From the NCBI GenBank assembly GCA_964016885.1, contig OZ024741.1, forward strand, positions 64,604,001-64,668,000: 64,000 nt of DNA, given 5' to 3'. The position numbers and the translations under genes were made by a program. Each line of letters starts with the position of its first letter. Position 1 is the first letter of the stretch. Source of the DNA: Eledone cirrhosa (lineage: Eukaryota). Below the pieces are notes generated by a model. The model saw only the letters and a list, made by a program, of their open reading frames with translations. It was not told the origin of the DNA and made no database searches. Below are positions 40,474-64,000 of the stretch, in pieces.

Positions 40474-41009
40474 CTGTAATGCAGCCAATTTTTAAATGAG
40501 ATAAAATAAAATACATACTGGCCTGATACAATTAAAATAATGATATACAGACCAATAACAGTAAGATTAATAGATAAATAGAATGATCATAAAAGTACAA
40601 AATTTTTATATATACAAAAAAAATTATATTCCTACACTTCATCACATTCACTTCAGCTAATAAAGTCAATCTGGGTGTAAAGGGACTTAACTGAAGTGAA
40701 ACCAAATACTATAATTTTGTTTGTTTAATACACTGATTCTGCCAATCCATGACAACACATACCACACTGTATATAACAATTGTGTGTGTGCGTGTGTGTG
40801 CGCAGGTATACACATTGCACACACACACTCATCTGATGAGCTTCTGCAGTTTTTTGTCAACCAGATTTCACTCACAAGGTTTTAGTTGATGTGAGGTTAT
40901 AATAGAAGACACAAATCTGGGGATGACAGAAGACCTAAGTCTCAGACATAGTAGTAGTACTGAACACAGAATGATGTCCAGTATAGGTGCAAATCAACAC
41001 CTTTTAAAA

Positions 41010-41560
41010 AAACATGAGCTTGGAAGGAGTTCTAGGGAACCAACGATCTGATCAGGAGAAACTGAGTATAATGTTTAGTGCAAGGCCAGAGGAAGTTGAA
41101 CACAACATATGTGTTGAGAGGAAAGAGATGAACGAGTCTAGAAAGCTCCGAAAAAGAGGTAGAGAGGGAGAGGAGATAGCATGTCTGGAAGCCAGAGATT
41201 GGAAAGTGTCTTTGAATGACTTTATACCAATTACCTGAGTGGCACATCAGTGTCAGTATGAACAATAGCAACACTGTCCCAAATACTGGGGAAATACTCC
41301 ATTGTGGGTCTCACCTGAGCCTTGTAGAAGTCCATTAGTTGTTGGAGCTGAAGAGATGGACCAATCACTGGGATGTAATCCTAGCTATGGTGAGAATGAG
41401 TGTACTCCATAAGAAAGCATTGGCAATTTCAAGATCTAGCATTTGGCATGATTACACAAGCAGTAGTCAAATGCTTAAGAAGTGTGAAGTGCAATGATGC
41501 TTTCTTGAAATGGAAGGGGGGGTGAAAGAGACAAGACTGGTGCGACCCCCATTGGAGGAT
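41010..41560 (-). mobile_element. Degraded CR1-group LINE, region C-terminal to the RT
   Basis: Minus-strand peptides LQWG...LVSF, QLMDFYKAQVRPTMEY..IW, FQSLASRHAISS and WFPRT match the post-RT region of CR1/Zenon-like LINEs; frameshifted. Confidence 0.65.
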
Positions 41561-42452
41561 ACTTTCATGGTTTCTGTTCATAGAATAAATGCAGGAGGCT
41601 TCACATGAGGTATCAAGACTGCTTGTGGATAACACTTGGTTAGAGAAGGTGAATGCATTTATCTATATCACAAGGCATTTTGTCCGATGCTCTCCCAATG
41701 CTGACAATCCAACCACCACTCGTAGTAGTAATAGCAGCAGTAGTAGTTATACAAGAAGAAAATTTTTTGTTAAATTAATGAGAATTTTTATCATTAAACA
41801 TTTGTCAGTTATTTCAGTATACAATGTAAAATACTTTAAAAAAAGTGAAATGACCAGTCAAAACAATGTGTATCAAACGAAACTGATATTTGAAAATAAT
41901 TTAGTGACAAAACCTGATTTAACATATATTATTTCTTAATTTGTACCATATGAAACCAAATTAGCAAGACATTATTAAAAAATACAAAACAACACTACAA
42001 CTGCATCACATTAAAAATTAAAGTCTTTACTCAAATATTGCAATTTTCTTTTCACATTGATCTGTCCACCAGTAAAGATATTACAAACATCTGAATTAAA
42101 GAATGCCTTTTAAATATTTTCTGCTAAACCGTTACCAGATATTAAGAGTTAATTATAGGCTTCTGACAAAACCTGATTTAGCTTTCAACTACTCAAGCAT
42201 GACTAACTACAGCTCTCCAACAGCGCTATTTATGAAAAAAGATTCCTCTATATAATTGTAAACTTTTTATACTCTTTAACCTTTTTGTTAATATATTTCT
42301 AATGAAAATCACTTGTCTATGATTTTCAAATTTTGAACATAATCAAGCATTTGGAGAGACTAAATAATATAATATTGCTTAGTAAATATAAAACATGATG
42401 GAAAATAAGGGTGCCAGTTAAACTGTATCAGATTTAAGGCATCTTATTTTAA

Positions 42453-42672
42453 CCTTTAGCATTTACATTACTTTATGTATGTTATTATATTTTTGTAGTA
42501 AAGGCTTTACCTCACATAATTATCTGACATAATATTGAACCTATGAGATTTTGATGTTATTTATTTTGAGAACTATACATTAACGTCAGTGTGAGCAGCT
42601 AGTTACAGCCAGTTTGAACAGAAAGAGGTGAGATAATTCTGGCCAGATACGGCCAGTTTAAATGCTAAAGGG
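42453..42672 (+). mobile_element. piggyBac-like MITE family 2
   Basis: TIR CCTTTAGCATTTA...TAAATGCTAAAGGG; TTAA / CTAA flanks. Confidence 0.85.
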
Positions 42673-43128
42673 CTAATGCTGCAAGGCAGTGAATTGGCAG
42701 AGTTATTAGGGTGTTGGAATAAACAAAACTCTTGAGAAAGAAAATGCTAATTGTGACTGATATCCCTGCCCTAACTTGCAGGACATTTAACAATACCAGC
42801 CATCTATCTACCATGCTATCCAAATTTTTTCTATTCATGCCCTTCATTCCAGTGAAGTACTCTTAAATGGAAACATAATTGAAATATGATTGAGGTCAAA
42901 TACATCATAGTCTTACAACTATATTATTAATTTCTGTTATTGTCTATTTGTTATTATTTGATAGATAACATTAATTTACCTATTTCTCTGCAGTTATTAT
43001 TTGAGCAGCTCCAGCAAATCAAATTCTAATATATCTACTGCATATGACAATAAAATAACTCTGTTCAATTTTGTTATCTGTCAAATCTTGATAAAATTAA
43101 TAGCAGTGATCCTGTATATGAATAGATA

Positions 43129-43607
43129 TCTTAACTATAATAAAGGAAGGAGTGCGGGACTGCATCCAGAATATATTTTTTTACCCCGTTTGTAAAATAA
43201 GTTGGATTACTTTGAATAAATAATGAATGAATATTACATAATTTATCTACTAAATTTCGTGGCTGTTCATTAAATATATTTTATAGCTTATTTAAAGATT
43301 CACTTCTTTAAAATTATCAAATGTCAACACCTCCGGTTAGCGGCCGTTATATTATAACGCTTATAATCGCATAATTTCCGTCGCTAATTTTCTCCTAATG
43401 CAGTTTATATATAATATCGTCTTTTTTTAAATGTATCATGGATTACTTTACTGATTACAGAAGACAGTGTAACACAGTCTTCGTTCATTTTCTGTGTATA
43501 TTGTCAATTACGATTTTATTTACATGCATATATATTTGTGTATAATATCAATATACACACTACACATGCTAGCAGAAAACCACTCGAATGGGTGGTTTTT
43601 CTGTTAG
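43129..43607 (+). mobile_element. Probable non-autonomous Helitron (~479 bp)
   Basis: A|TCTTAACTATAATAAAG 5' end, subterminal hairpin 43569-43607 ending TTAG|T (degenerate CTAG), inserted between A and T with no TSD. Confidence 0.5.
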
Positions 43608-45324
43608 TATATATTAATGAAGTTAGAAATATATAACTTATAATAATTTTGGAGAAAAGCCAGATGATATGTTAATACCATTAGCTTAAGAACTAAAAAC
43701 CAGTTATATTAGTTGAATAGTTAACAATATGAATAATAATTGGATTATTCAAATGTTTCCTATCACCCATATTCACACGGAGTAACGGATATAGCAAGCA
43801 AAGAAGTTAGGGCTTTTGATACCAACCTGTCCCAGGTTCTATGAAGCAAAACCACTTATTTCAAAAGGTTCCTACTTAAATTAAAATTTTCCAGTATAAT
43901 TTAACATAAGAACCTTTTGTCGTGTTATAAATACCATCTTATTAAAATACTAATTTTCGTAAATCCCTCCCAATTCTTCATTAATTACTTCAATTACAAC
44001 GTATTTCTTTAGAAACATGGTAATGAAAAGGTTAAATGACTAGCTGAAAGCAATCAGGTAAATCTGCAATTTCAGTTGCTTCACTGCTAGTGACTATCAT
44101 CTTTGTAAATACTTTGACAATTGGACAGGTGAAAAAACCATATACTTTGATTATTTAAAGTTAATGGCTATAATCCCATGACATAACACAATATAATTAA
44201 ACAAAATGAAGTCTGAACAAACTTCATATATACTACATTAACAATTTCTAATAGTTAACAACAACACAAGACCATAGCAGATGCTGGAGTTTTTATAACA
44301 AAAACATTTTTTTTTAGTAGTAGTATATAAATTCTATGTGTATGTTTATTCATAGATAAGGTAAAAAAAAGACTGAACCAAGATTTCATTCTATCTAATG
44401 GCTTTTTGGTCAATTGTAAACATCCACAGATTGAAAAGGAAAATATATGAATTCTTTTTTTAATGGCTTAGTCAGAGGAAGCGTGGTAGTACCCATGATG
44501 TTTTGTAAAGATTCTGAGACATGTGGAAGAAAATGAAAAAAGAAACTACATCTCATAAATTATCCTCAAACTGTAGCTCTAGTTCAAATACAAGCAACAA
44601 GATGGACTTTACTAAAGATATCCAAAAGCTTAAAATTTTCTCAATTTGGTTTTTTTATCTTTTGTCTTCACAAAAATACTAGCTTAAATGATTAGTAGAA
44701 ATATTCAAGATAAGATGGCACAAGACTTAACAATAAAAACAGTTACATATTTCACCATTTTCTTTAACAAAATGATACTGATGTATTAACATAAGCAAGC
44801 AACACAGGTATATTAAGAATAAAGCCATGCTTTCTGGTCAATAAATTTACAAGGCAAATAGAAAAATATCTTAAAATAACCTTTACGAACTTTCTTTTGA
44901 ATATTAGCAAAATACAAGACAATAGCAACTATAGTTGACAAAACCCAACTATATGAAATTAAACAGCCAATGTAACTAGTATATTACAGTTTAAGTAGAC
45001 ACGATATATAAAACAATACACACAACACTCTACTATTCTAATTCTACATGTCTGTAGTCTATGAATGAAGCTTGAACATGTGTACATACACTCAACTACC
45101 TTAGAATTCAGTAATCTCTTCAATGTAGGGCAAGCCATACACATCTACTACAACTAGTGTGGGGGGAAGGGGCTGGTATCTTTTAAATGCATAACAAATA
45201 AGACCATACATAAAAACAAAATAAAAGTTTTAAAAAATAAGAGTCAGACTCACTAACTTTTTCTCCTATTTTACATTGCAATTTCCATATATACAAATAC
45301 ATATCTATGTATCTAGTATGCACC

Positions 45325-45900
45325 ACCTAAGCCCTACCCCCCCCCCCTTCCATACACCTACACGCCTTAACACTCCACCCACATCCTAATCACACACACA
45401 CCCTTCACCCATACCTTTACATCTTCTGTCCTAGTCCCCATTCTGCACTATAATGTGGTAGTTTTGGTGCCATGACAAAAAGCGGCCAGTCCACACTGTA
45501 AAGTAGTCATGTTGGTATCATGACAAAAAACACCCAGCCCACACTGTAAAGTGGTCATTACAGTGCCACAATAAAAGGCACCCAGTCCACATTGTAAAGT
45601 GGTTGTGTAGGTGTCATGATAAAAAGCAACATGCTCACACTGTAAAATGGTCGTGTAGGTGTCATGACAAAAGGCACTCAGTCCACACTGTAAAGGGATC
45701 ATGACGGTGTCACAACAAAAAGCATCCAGCTCACACTGTAAACGTGGTTGGGTGTTAGGAAGGGCATCCAGCCATAGAAAACAAGCCAGAAACAGTTCTG
45801 TATAAGCAGGATATGGCCAACTGACCTGACTTGCCTCAAATGTGACAACTTGTCTAACCCATGTTAGCGTGTAAGATGGACGTTAAACAATGATGATGAT
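45325..45900 (+). mobile_element. RTE LINE 3' UTR fragment containing a 48-bp tandem array (6 units, 45444-45731)
   Basis: C-rich tract; CACACTGTAAA-like motif recurring at 45492, 45540, 45588, 45636, 45684, 45732; then GTTAGGAAGGGCATCCAG...GGACGTTAAACAATGATGATGAT, as in 50725-51075. Confidence 0.8.
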
Positions 45901-46393
45901 ATATAATTTACAGTTATGGAATCCTAGTTAAAACATGTTATTAGTTTCAAAGAAACTAACAATGAAAGGTTAAAAAGTCTTGTTGAGTCCAATCATTAGA
46001 CACAAGGTAACATAATCCCTTTTCACTAAAAGAGTCTGAGTGAAATGAATTATGTCAACATGAGTCTGATAAATTGAGCTCGAGGCTTTTTGATCTGTCA
46101 CTGTTGTCTCTCTGAAACTTATAGAAACATGTGTTTGACAAAGATTCCATATTAAAATGTGAGAGGTTCTTACTGTTGCTTCTCACAGCTGTCACCAATT
46201 GCATGACTAGTGGTAAAATGAAACTGTAGCAACAGGAGCAAATCTCAGATATTAATAAATATATACTCTAATTCATGTTATTAAGTACTTTATGTTTTTA
46301 TATTAAAACACATATATATTTATCATCATCATTTAACATCCCCATTCCCTGCTAGCAAGGATTGTACAGGATGTATATATGCATGCATCTACG

Positions 46394-46910
46394 TATATAA
46401 AGGTTTAGGGTAAACGTTATGTTAGATATAACTACCACTTTTAAATTAGAAGTCTTAGCTGTGAAAAGAATAAACTGTGAATTGTAAATGCCATCAACTA
46501 TTCCTTCATACTGAAAAAAAAACAACAGAAGATTATTCTTATACCTGCATTTCAATGATTATTGTTATCTCAACAAAGAAGATCTACTATGATTTTATAA
46601 GTGAACATTGCTATATCATACAGAATAAAAAATACCTGAATGGTCAGTCATAAGTTGCCAAACATATGCACGACATGCAAATTAGACTGACCATTTCAGG
46701 TATTTTTTACAATCTGCCATGCACGGAATCATAGGAGTTGTTATTCTCTGAGGATGTAATAATATCTAAAATGCTGGCATGAGAATAATTCCTTTTTTGT
46801 TTTTCTATATATGGAGAAATAAATTAAAGTGTTGACTCTTTTTACAGCTAAGTCCACTAATTTAAAAACAATTATATCTACCTTAAGTTTACCCTAAATC
46901 TTCAAATATA
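46394..46910. mobile_element. Old foldback element / long imperfect inverted repeat (~515 bp)
   Basis: Outer arms tttagggtaaac..cttagctgt / acagctaag..gtttaccctaaa; middle arms partially complementary; inner stem 46626-46649 pairs with 46685-46709. Confidence 0.75.
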
Positions 46911-46946
46911 CACTGTAATTTAGCACATTCTCTCTATATAGAGAGA

Positions 46947-46984
<38 letters not shown>

Positions 46985-47038
46985 ACTGGAAGGTAATATC
47001 CGTAGTGGTAGAGCACTCAGTCCATGGGGCGAGTTAGG

Positions 47039-47190
47039 TAGAAGTGGTAACACAATAGTTAGTTCACCATACCGAGAACAATTGTTTCACCTTAGTGGAT
47101 CCTCAGCTCGTAACATTACGAACTGAGAATACGCTAAAGTGAAACAATTGTTCTCGGTATGGTGAACTAACTGCTGTGTTACCACTTCTA
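47039..47190. repeat. 152-bp near-perfect palindrome (foldback MITE-like)
   Basis: tagaagtggtaacac..agttagttcaccataccgagaacaattgtttcac pairs with gtgaaacaattgttctcggtatggtgaactaact..gtgttaccacttcta. Confidence 0.9.
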
Positions 47191-47456
47191 TATATATATA
47201 TATATAAATCAACCAATTTCCTTTATCTTTCAATGTATATTAAAAGAAAAGAAAAAGTTTACAGAACCACTCAGACAGCATAATACAATAACTAAAATAT
47301 TCAGTCTACATATCAACCAACAAAGATGTATAAAGAAGGGGGAGAAAAAAACAAACAAAAATAAAAGCCAACCAATGAATACTAACAAACACATCACTGT
47401 AAAGAAGGCAGGAGATAGAAAACGAACGCACAGAGTGTCGAATAAGTAGGTCTTAC

Positions 47457-47540
47457 CTTCGGATGATTGATAACGCCACTATCCTTTTCCATCGAGTTCT
47501 TGTGGAAATTGGGCTGGCGAAACCGCTCCTGCTGAGCCAT
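47457..47540 (-). CDS. SMARCD1: BAF60/SMARCD probable first coding exon (MAQQERFRQPNFHKNSMEKDSGVINHPK), phase 0 end
   Basis: ATG at 47540-47538, 28 open codons, then donor AAG|GTAAGA (47456-47451). In-frame TAG 30 nt upstream of the ATG. Locally CpG-retaining. Phase 0 matches the next exon at 36798. It could be one of several alternative first exons. Confidence 0.7.
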
Positions 47541-47551
47541 ACAACAAACAG

Positions 47552-47560
47552 TTACACCAT
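47552..47560 (-). promoter_or_regulatory. Minimal uORF ATG-GTG-TAA ending 11 nt upstream of the BAF60 start codon
   Basis: Minus strand acATGGTGTAActgtttgttgtATGGCT; out of frame with the CDS. Relevant only if it is transcribed into the 5' UTR. Confidence 0.45.
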
Positions 47561-48292
47561 GTGTCTGCTAGCAGATTCAATATATTCTCTCTTTCCCACT
47601 CACTCTTTTATACGATATATGCATGGGAGGGGTACACATTTACATACACATTATAAAAAAAACAAACTAAAATCAAATAGTCTACATAAATGATTTAGCA
47701 TAAAATGAATCGTGCCTTTAAATTTATCGTTGCTTCTATTCATACTTGGTGGGATGAAGAGAGAGTCAGGAAGGAAGCTTTGCTAAGATGAACTCAAAAT
47801 CTGTTTGGTTAGAACAGAAATTGAGTGAACTTGAAAGCAAATATTTTCAAGTTATAGAGAAATAACGAATGTGATTTTTTATTTTTCCACATCTATAAAT
47901 GAGATTTTATATATATATGCATATAAAAATGGTTTACCGAAGGGAGCCAGAGTTAAATAAGGTATTCAAAACATTAGTAAAGAAGGCACATATTCATTTC
48001 ATATAAAAATGACTTCTTCAGGAACAGAATGTATCATTTTTTTTAAATCATCAGTACAATCCTCATGATTTCAAATGAATGAAACAGTCAAGTAGAAGTG
48101 ATTGATATATGAGAGAGACTGACAGATACATATATATATATATATAAATATATAAATACATATATATATATATACATATATATATAAATATATAAATACA
48201 TATATACATGTAAAGTTATATTTAAAATTGTTGGGTTACAACTAGTAAATATTTATAACTGATATAAAAGCACTCGACAAATATTTGGAGTA

Positions 48293-48599
48293 TATTTACA
48301 ATATTAAATAAATGGAAAACTATATTTATAAAACCATATTTATTTCATTATATATATTTCGGGGATATCATATTAACAATATGCTATGCCTTCATCAGAC
48401 AAAATACAATATAAACAGTTTTATAGATAAATATATTCGACATACGGTATGTCGAATATATTTATCTATAAAACTGTTTATATTGTATTTTGTCTGATGA
48501 AGGCATAGCATATTGTTAATATGATATCCCCGAAATATATATAATGAAATAAATATGGTTTTATAAATATAGTTTTCCATTTATTTAATATTGTAAATA
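48293..48599. repeat. Perfect 307-bp palindrome (153-bp arms, 1-nt centre at 48446)
   Basis: Identical ORFs on both strands (48312-48497 + and 48395-48580 -); centre ttcgacatac-g-gtatgtcgaa. Confidence 0.95.
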
Positions 48600-49087
48600 C
48601 ATATATATATATATACATATATATATAAATATACATATATATACATATATATATATATACATATATATATAAATATATAAATACATATATATATATATAC
48701 ATATATATATAAATATACATATATATACATATATATATATATACATATATAAATATATAAATACATATATATATATATACATATATATATAAATATACAT
48801 ATATATATATATACATATATATATAAATATACATATATATACATATATATATATAATACATATATAAATATATAAATATATAAATACATATATATATATA
48901 CATATATATACAAATATATAAATACATATATATATACATATATATACAAATATATAAATACATATATATATATATACATATATATATAAATATACATATA
49001 TATACATATATATATATATACATATATAAATATATAAATATATAAATACATATATATATATACATATATATACAAATATATAAATAC

Positions 49088-49138
<51 letters not shown>

Positions 49139-49171
49139 TACATATATATATATATACAAATATATAAATAC

Positions 49172-49222
<51 letters not shown>

Positions 49223-49225
49223 TAC

Positions 49226-49294
<69 letters not shown>

Positions 49295-49349
49295 TACATA
49301 TATATATATATACATATATATACATATATATATATACATATATATATAT

Positions 49350-49396
<47 letters not shown>

Positions 49397-49541
49397 CATA
49401 TATATATAAATATATAAATACATATATATATATATACATATATATATAAATATATAAATACATATATATATATATACATATATATATAAATATATAAATA
49501 CATATATATATATATACATATATATATAAATATATAAATAC

Positions 49542-49576
<35 letters not shown>

Positions 49577-49581
49577 AATAC

Positions 49582-49612
<31 letters not shown>

Positions 49613-49665
49613 CATATATATACATATATATAAATACATATATATGTATATATATATATAAATAC

Positions 49666-49699
<34 letters not shown>

Positions 49700-49713
49700 A
49701 CATATATATATAC

Positions 49714-49764
<51 letters not shown>

Positions 49765-49807
49765 CATATATATACATATATATACATATATATACATATA
49801 TATATAC

Positions 49808-49858
<51 letters not shown>

Positions 49859-49921
49859 CATATATATATACATATATATATATATACATATATATACATA
49901 TATATACATATATATATATAC

Positions 49922-50002
<81 letters not shown>

Positions 50003-50009
50003 TATATAC

Positions 50010-50088
<79 letters not shown>

Positions 50089-50138
50089 CATATATACATA
50101 TATATTATATACATATATATACATATATACATATATAC

Positions 50139-50173
<35 letters not shown>

Positions 50174-50203
50174 CAATATATATATATATACATATATATA
50201 TAC

Positions 50204-50266
<63 letters not shown>

Positions 50267-50279
50267 CATATATATATAC

Positions 50280-50332
<53 letters not shown>

Positions 50333-50341
50333 CATATATAC

Positions 50342-50422
<81 letters not shown>

Positions 50423-50452
50423 CATATATATATACATATATATATATATACA
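48600..50452. repeat. (TA)n/TACA satellite block
   Basis: Direct reading; TAAA variants cluster in the first 1 kb. Confidence 0.95.
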
Positions 50453-50454
50453 TA

Positions 50455-51075
50455 GAGATAAGAGGGATCAGATGTTGTTTACTCGAGAGAAGGCTACGTT
50501 GGTATGGACACGTGATGCGCATGAAAGTCGATAGCTGTATAACAAAGTGCAGGGCAATAAAGATAGACGGTAGTCACGGAATAGGCAGACCTAGAAAAAC
50601 CTGGGACGAGCTGATAAACTCCGACCTCACACACTTACACCTCTCCAAGACAATGTCACTGGACCGAGACCTTTGGCGGTACTCAGTAACAGAGAAGACC
50701 CGCCTTGCCAGTTGGCATCTCTAACAAAATACACCCCGTCCCGCCACCACCCCCACCCCATCCACACCACCCCGTTCTATGTAAAGTTATGTTGGTGCCG
50801 CGCCATCCAGGCCGAAACAAATGAGATCGTGTAGGTGTCACGACAAAAAAACACACAGTCCACGCTGTAATGTGGCCGTGTAGGCAACACGGTAAAAACC
50901 TCCCAGACCCACACTGTAAGTGTGGTTGGTGTTAGGAAGGGCATCCAACTGTAGAAAACCTGCCAGACAGTCCTATGCGAGCAAGACAATCACTCTTGCC
51001 TCAAGTGGGACTACCCCCGTCCAAACCCATGCAAGCGTGGAACACGGACGTTAAACGTTGATGATGATGATGATG
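50455..51075 (+). mobile_element. RTE-clade LINE 3' end (ORF C-terminus, 3' UTR and (GAT)n tail)
   Basis: [12 protein letters not shown]...[15 protein letters not shown]...DRDLWR, stop at 50722-50724. Tail GGACGTTAAACGTTGATGATGATG; CpGs retained. Confidence 0.9.
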
Positions 51076-59477
<8,402 letters not shown>

Positions 59478-60090
59478 AGATATGGGCTACAACACATTCA
59501 TTGAAAATACTATATTGGCTGAAAGGCATTTTTGTAAAAAGACATATTCATAGAAAAACCAAATTAGTTGGAAGCCAAAATTGATCAAAAACATATTCAA
59601 CATCAAACATTGAATGATATATTTATAGAAACACAGAAATCTATCAAAACTCAATTATTTTTAAATAATGTAATTCTAAAATGAAAGAAATATCTTTTAA
59701 ATAAAATATAATTTCAATTTAGTTTCATGCTGTGTTATTTTTCTCAGAAAATAATTGTAAATAGAAATACATCAAAACTTAATCTCAACTTAATCTCAGG
59801 CGTTTTTTAGTATGTGTTCGATATGTTGAGAATTCAACACAGAATAGCTATTTTAATATTCTAATAGAGGCACACATCCACAAACCTTATGGGCAGATTA
59901 TAGTTGATTAGATCTACTAAAAGGTTTGCCTGGTACTTACTTTGGAGACACATAAAGGATGATAAAGATAAAATTGAAGAGGGAAGAAATTTAACCAGTT
60001 ATTCAGTGCCACACATAATTCTGTTCAATGCTTTATGAGTTCATCACTACACCACTCACTGCTTTGGTAAAATTTTCTAACAGAGGCACT

Positions 60091-60290
60091 NNNNNNNNNN
60101 NNNNNNNNNNNNNNNNNNNNNNNNNNNNNNNNNNNNNNNNNNNNNNNNNNNNNNNNNNNNNNNNNNNNNNNNNNNNNNNNNNNNNNNNNNNNNNNNNNNN
60201 NNNNNNNNNNNNNNNNNNNNNNNNNNNNNNNNNNNNNNNNNNNNNNNNNNNNNNNNNNNNNNNNNNNNNNNNNNNNNNNNNNNNNNNNNN
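60091..60290. other. Assembly gap (200 N)
   Basis: Run of N; the round length suggests a scaffolding join of unknown true size. Confidence 0.99.

Positions 60291-64000
<3,710 letters not shown>

Noticed and set aside
45444-45745. CRISPR-like array or 16-aa repeat protein (ORF 45448-45702)
   Set aside because: Whole 48-bp units are homologous with no unique spacers; eukaryotic context; part of a retroelement 3' UTR.
48312-48580. Two identical 61-aa ORFs on opposite strands
   Set aside because: A by-product of the perfect palindrome; no coding features.

Overview
AT-rich animal genomic DNA. The SINE families, RTE/CR1 LINE remnants, TTAA MITEs and very long TA microsatellites suggest an octopod cephalopod; this is inference, not verified. 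Positions ~847-47540 hold the 5' part of one minus-strand gene encoding the SWI/SNF (BAF) subunit BAF60/SMARCD. Four phase-compatible core coding exons (47540-47457, 36798-36690, 1783-1672, 889-847) read MAQQERF...HPK|GPRAPYPG...GYP|GMPRTG...ISKP|KKKKKIADKILPQK; the rest of the gene lies off the left edge. In the long introns I find four short, frame-preserving cassette exon candidates (6, 78, 33 and 39 nt) with canonical GT-AG sites and AG-free zones; two have a UGC close to the acceptor. Together they would form a combinatorial micro/mini-exon array in the disordered N-terminus of BAF60. The window starts inside an apparently intact CR1-type LINE whose ORF1/ORF2 junction carries a G_GGA_AAC -1 slippery heptamer, and ORF2 has no usable AUG. 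The introns are otherwise filled with tRNA-derived SINEs, MITEs, a dead mariner, LINE fragments, a probable Helitron and several hairpins. From 48.6 kb to the end the sequence is almost entirely a (TA)n/TACA array with a 200-N gap; all long ORFs there are spurious.
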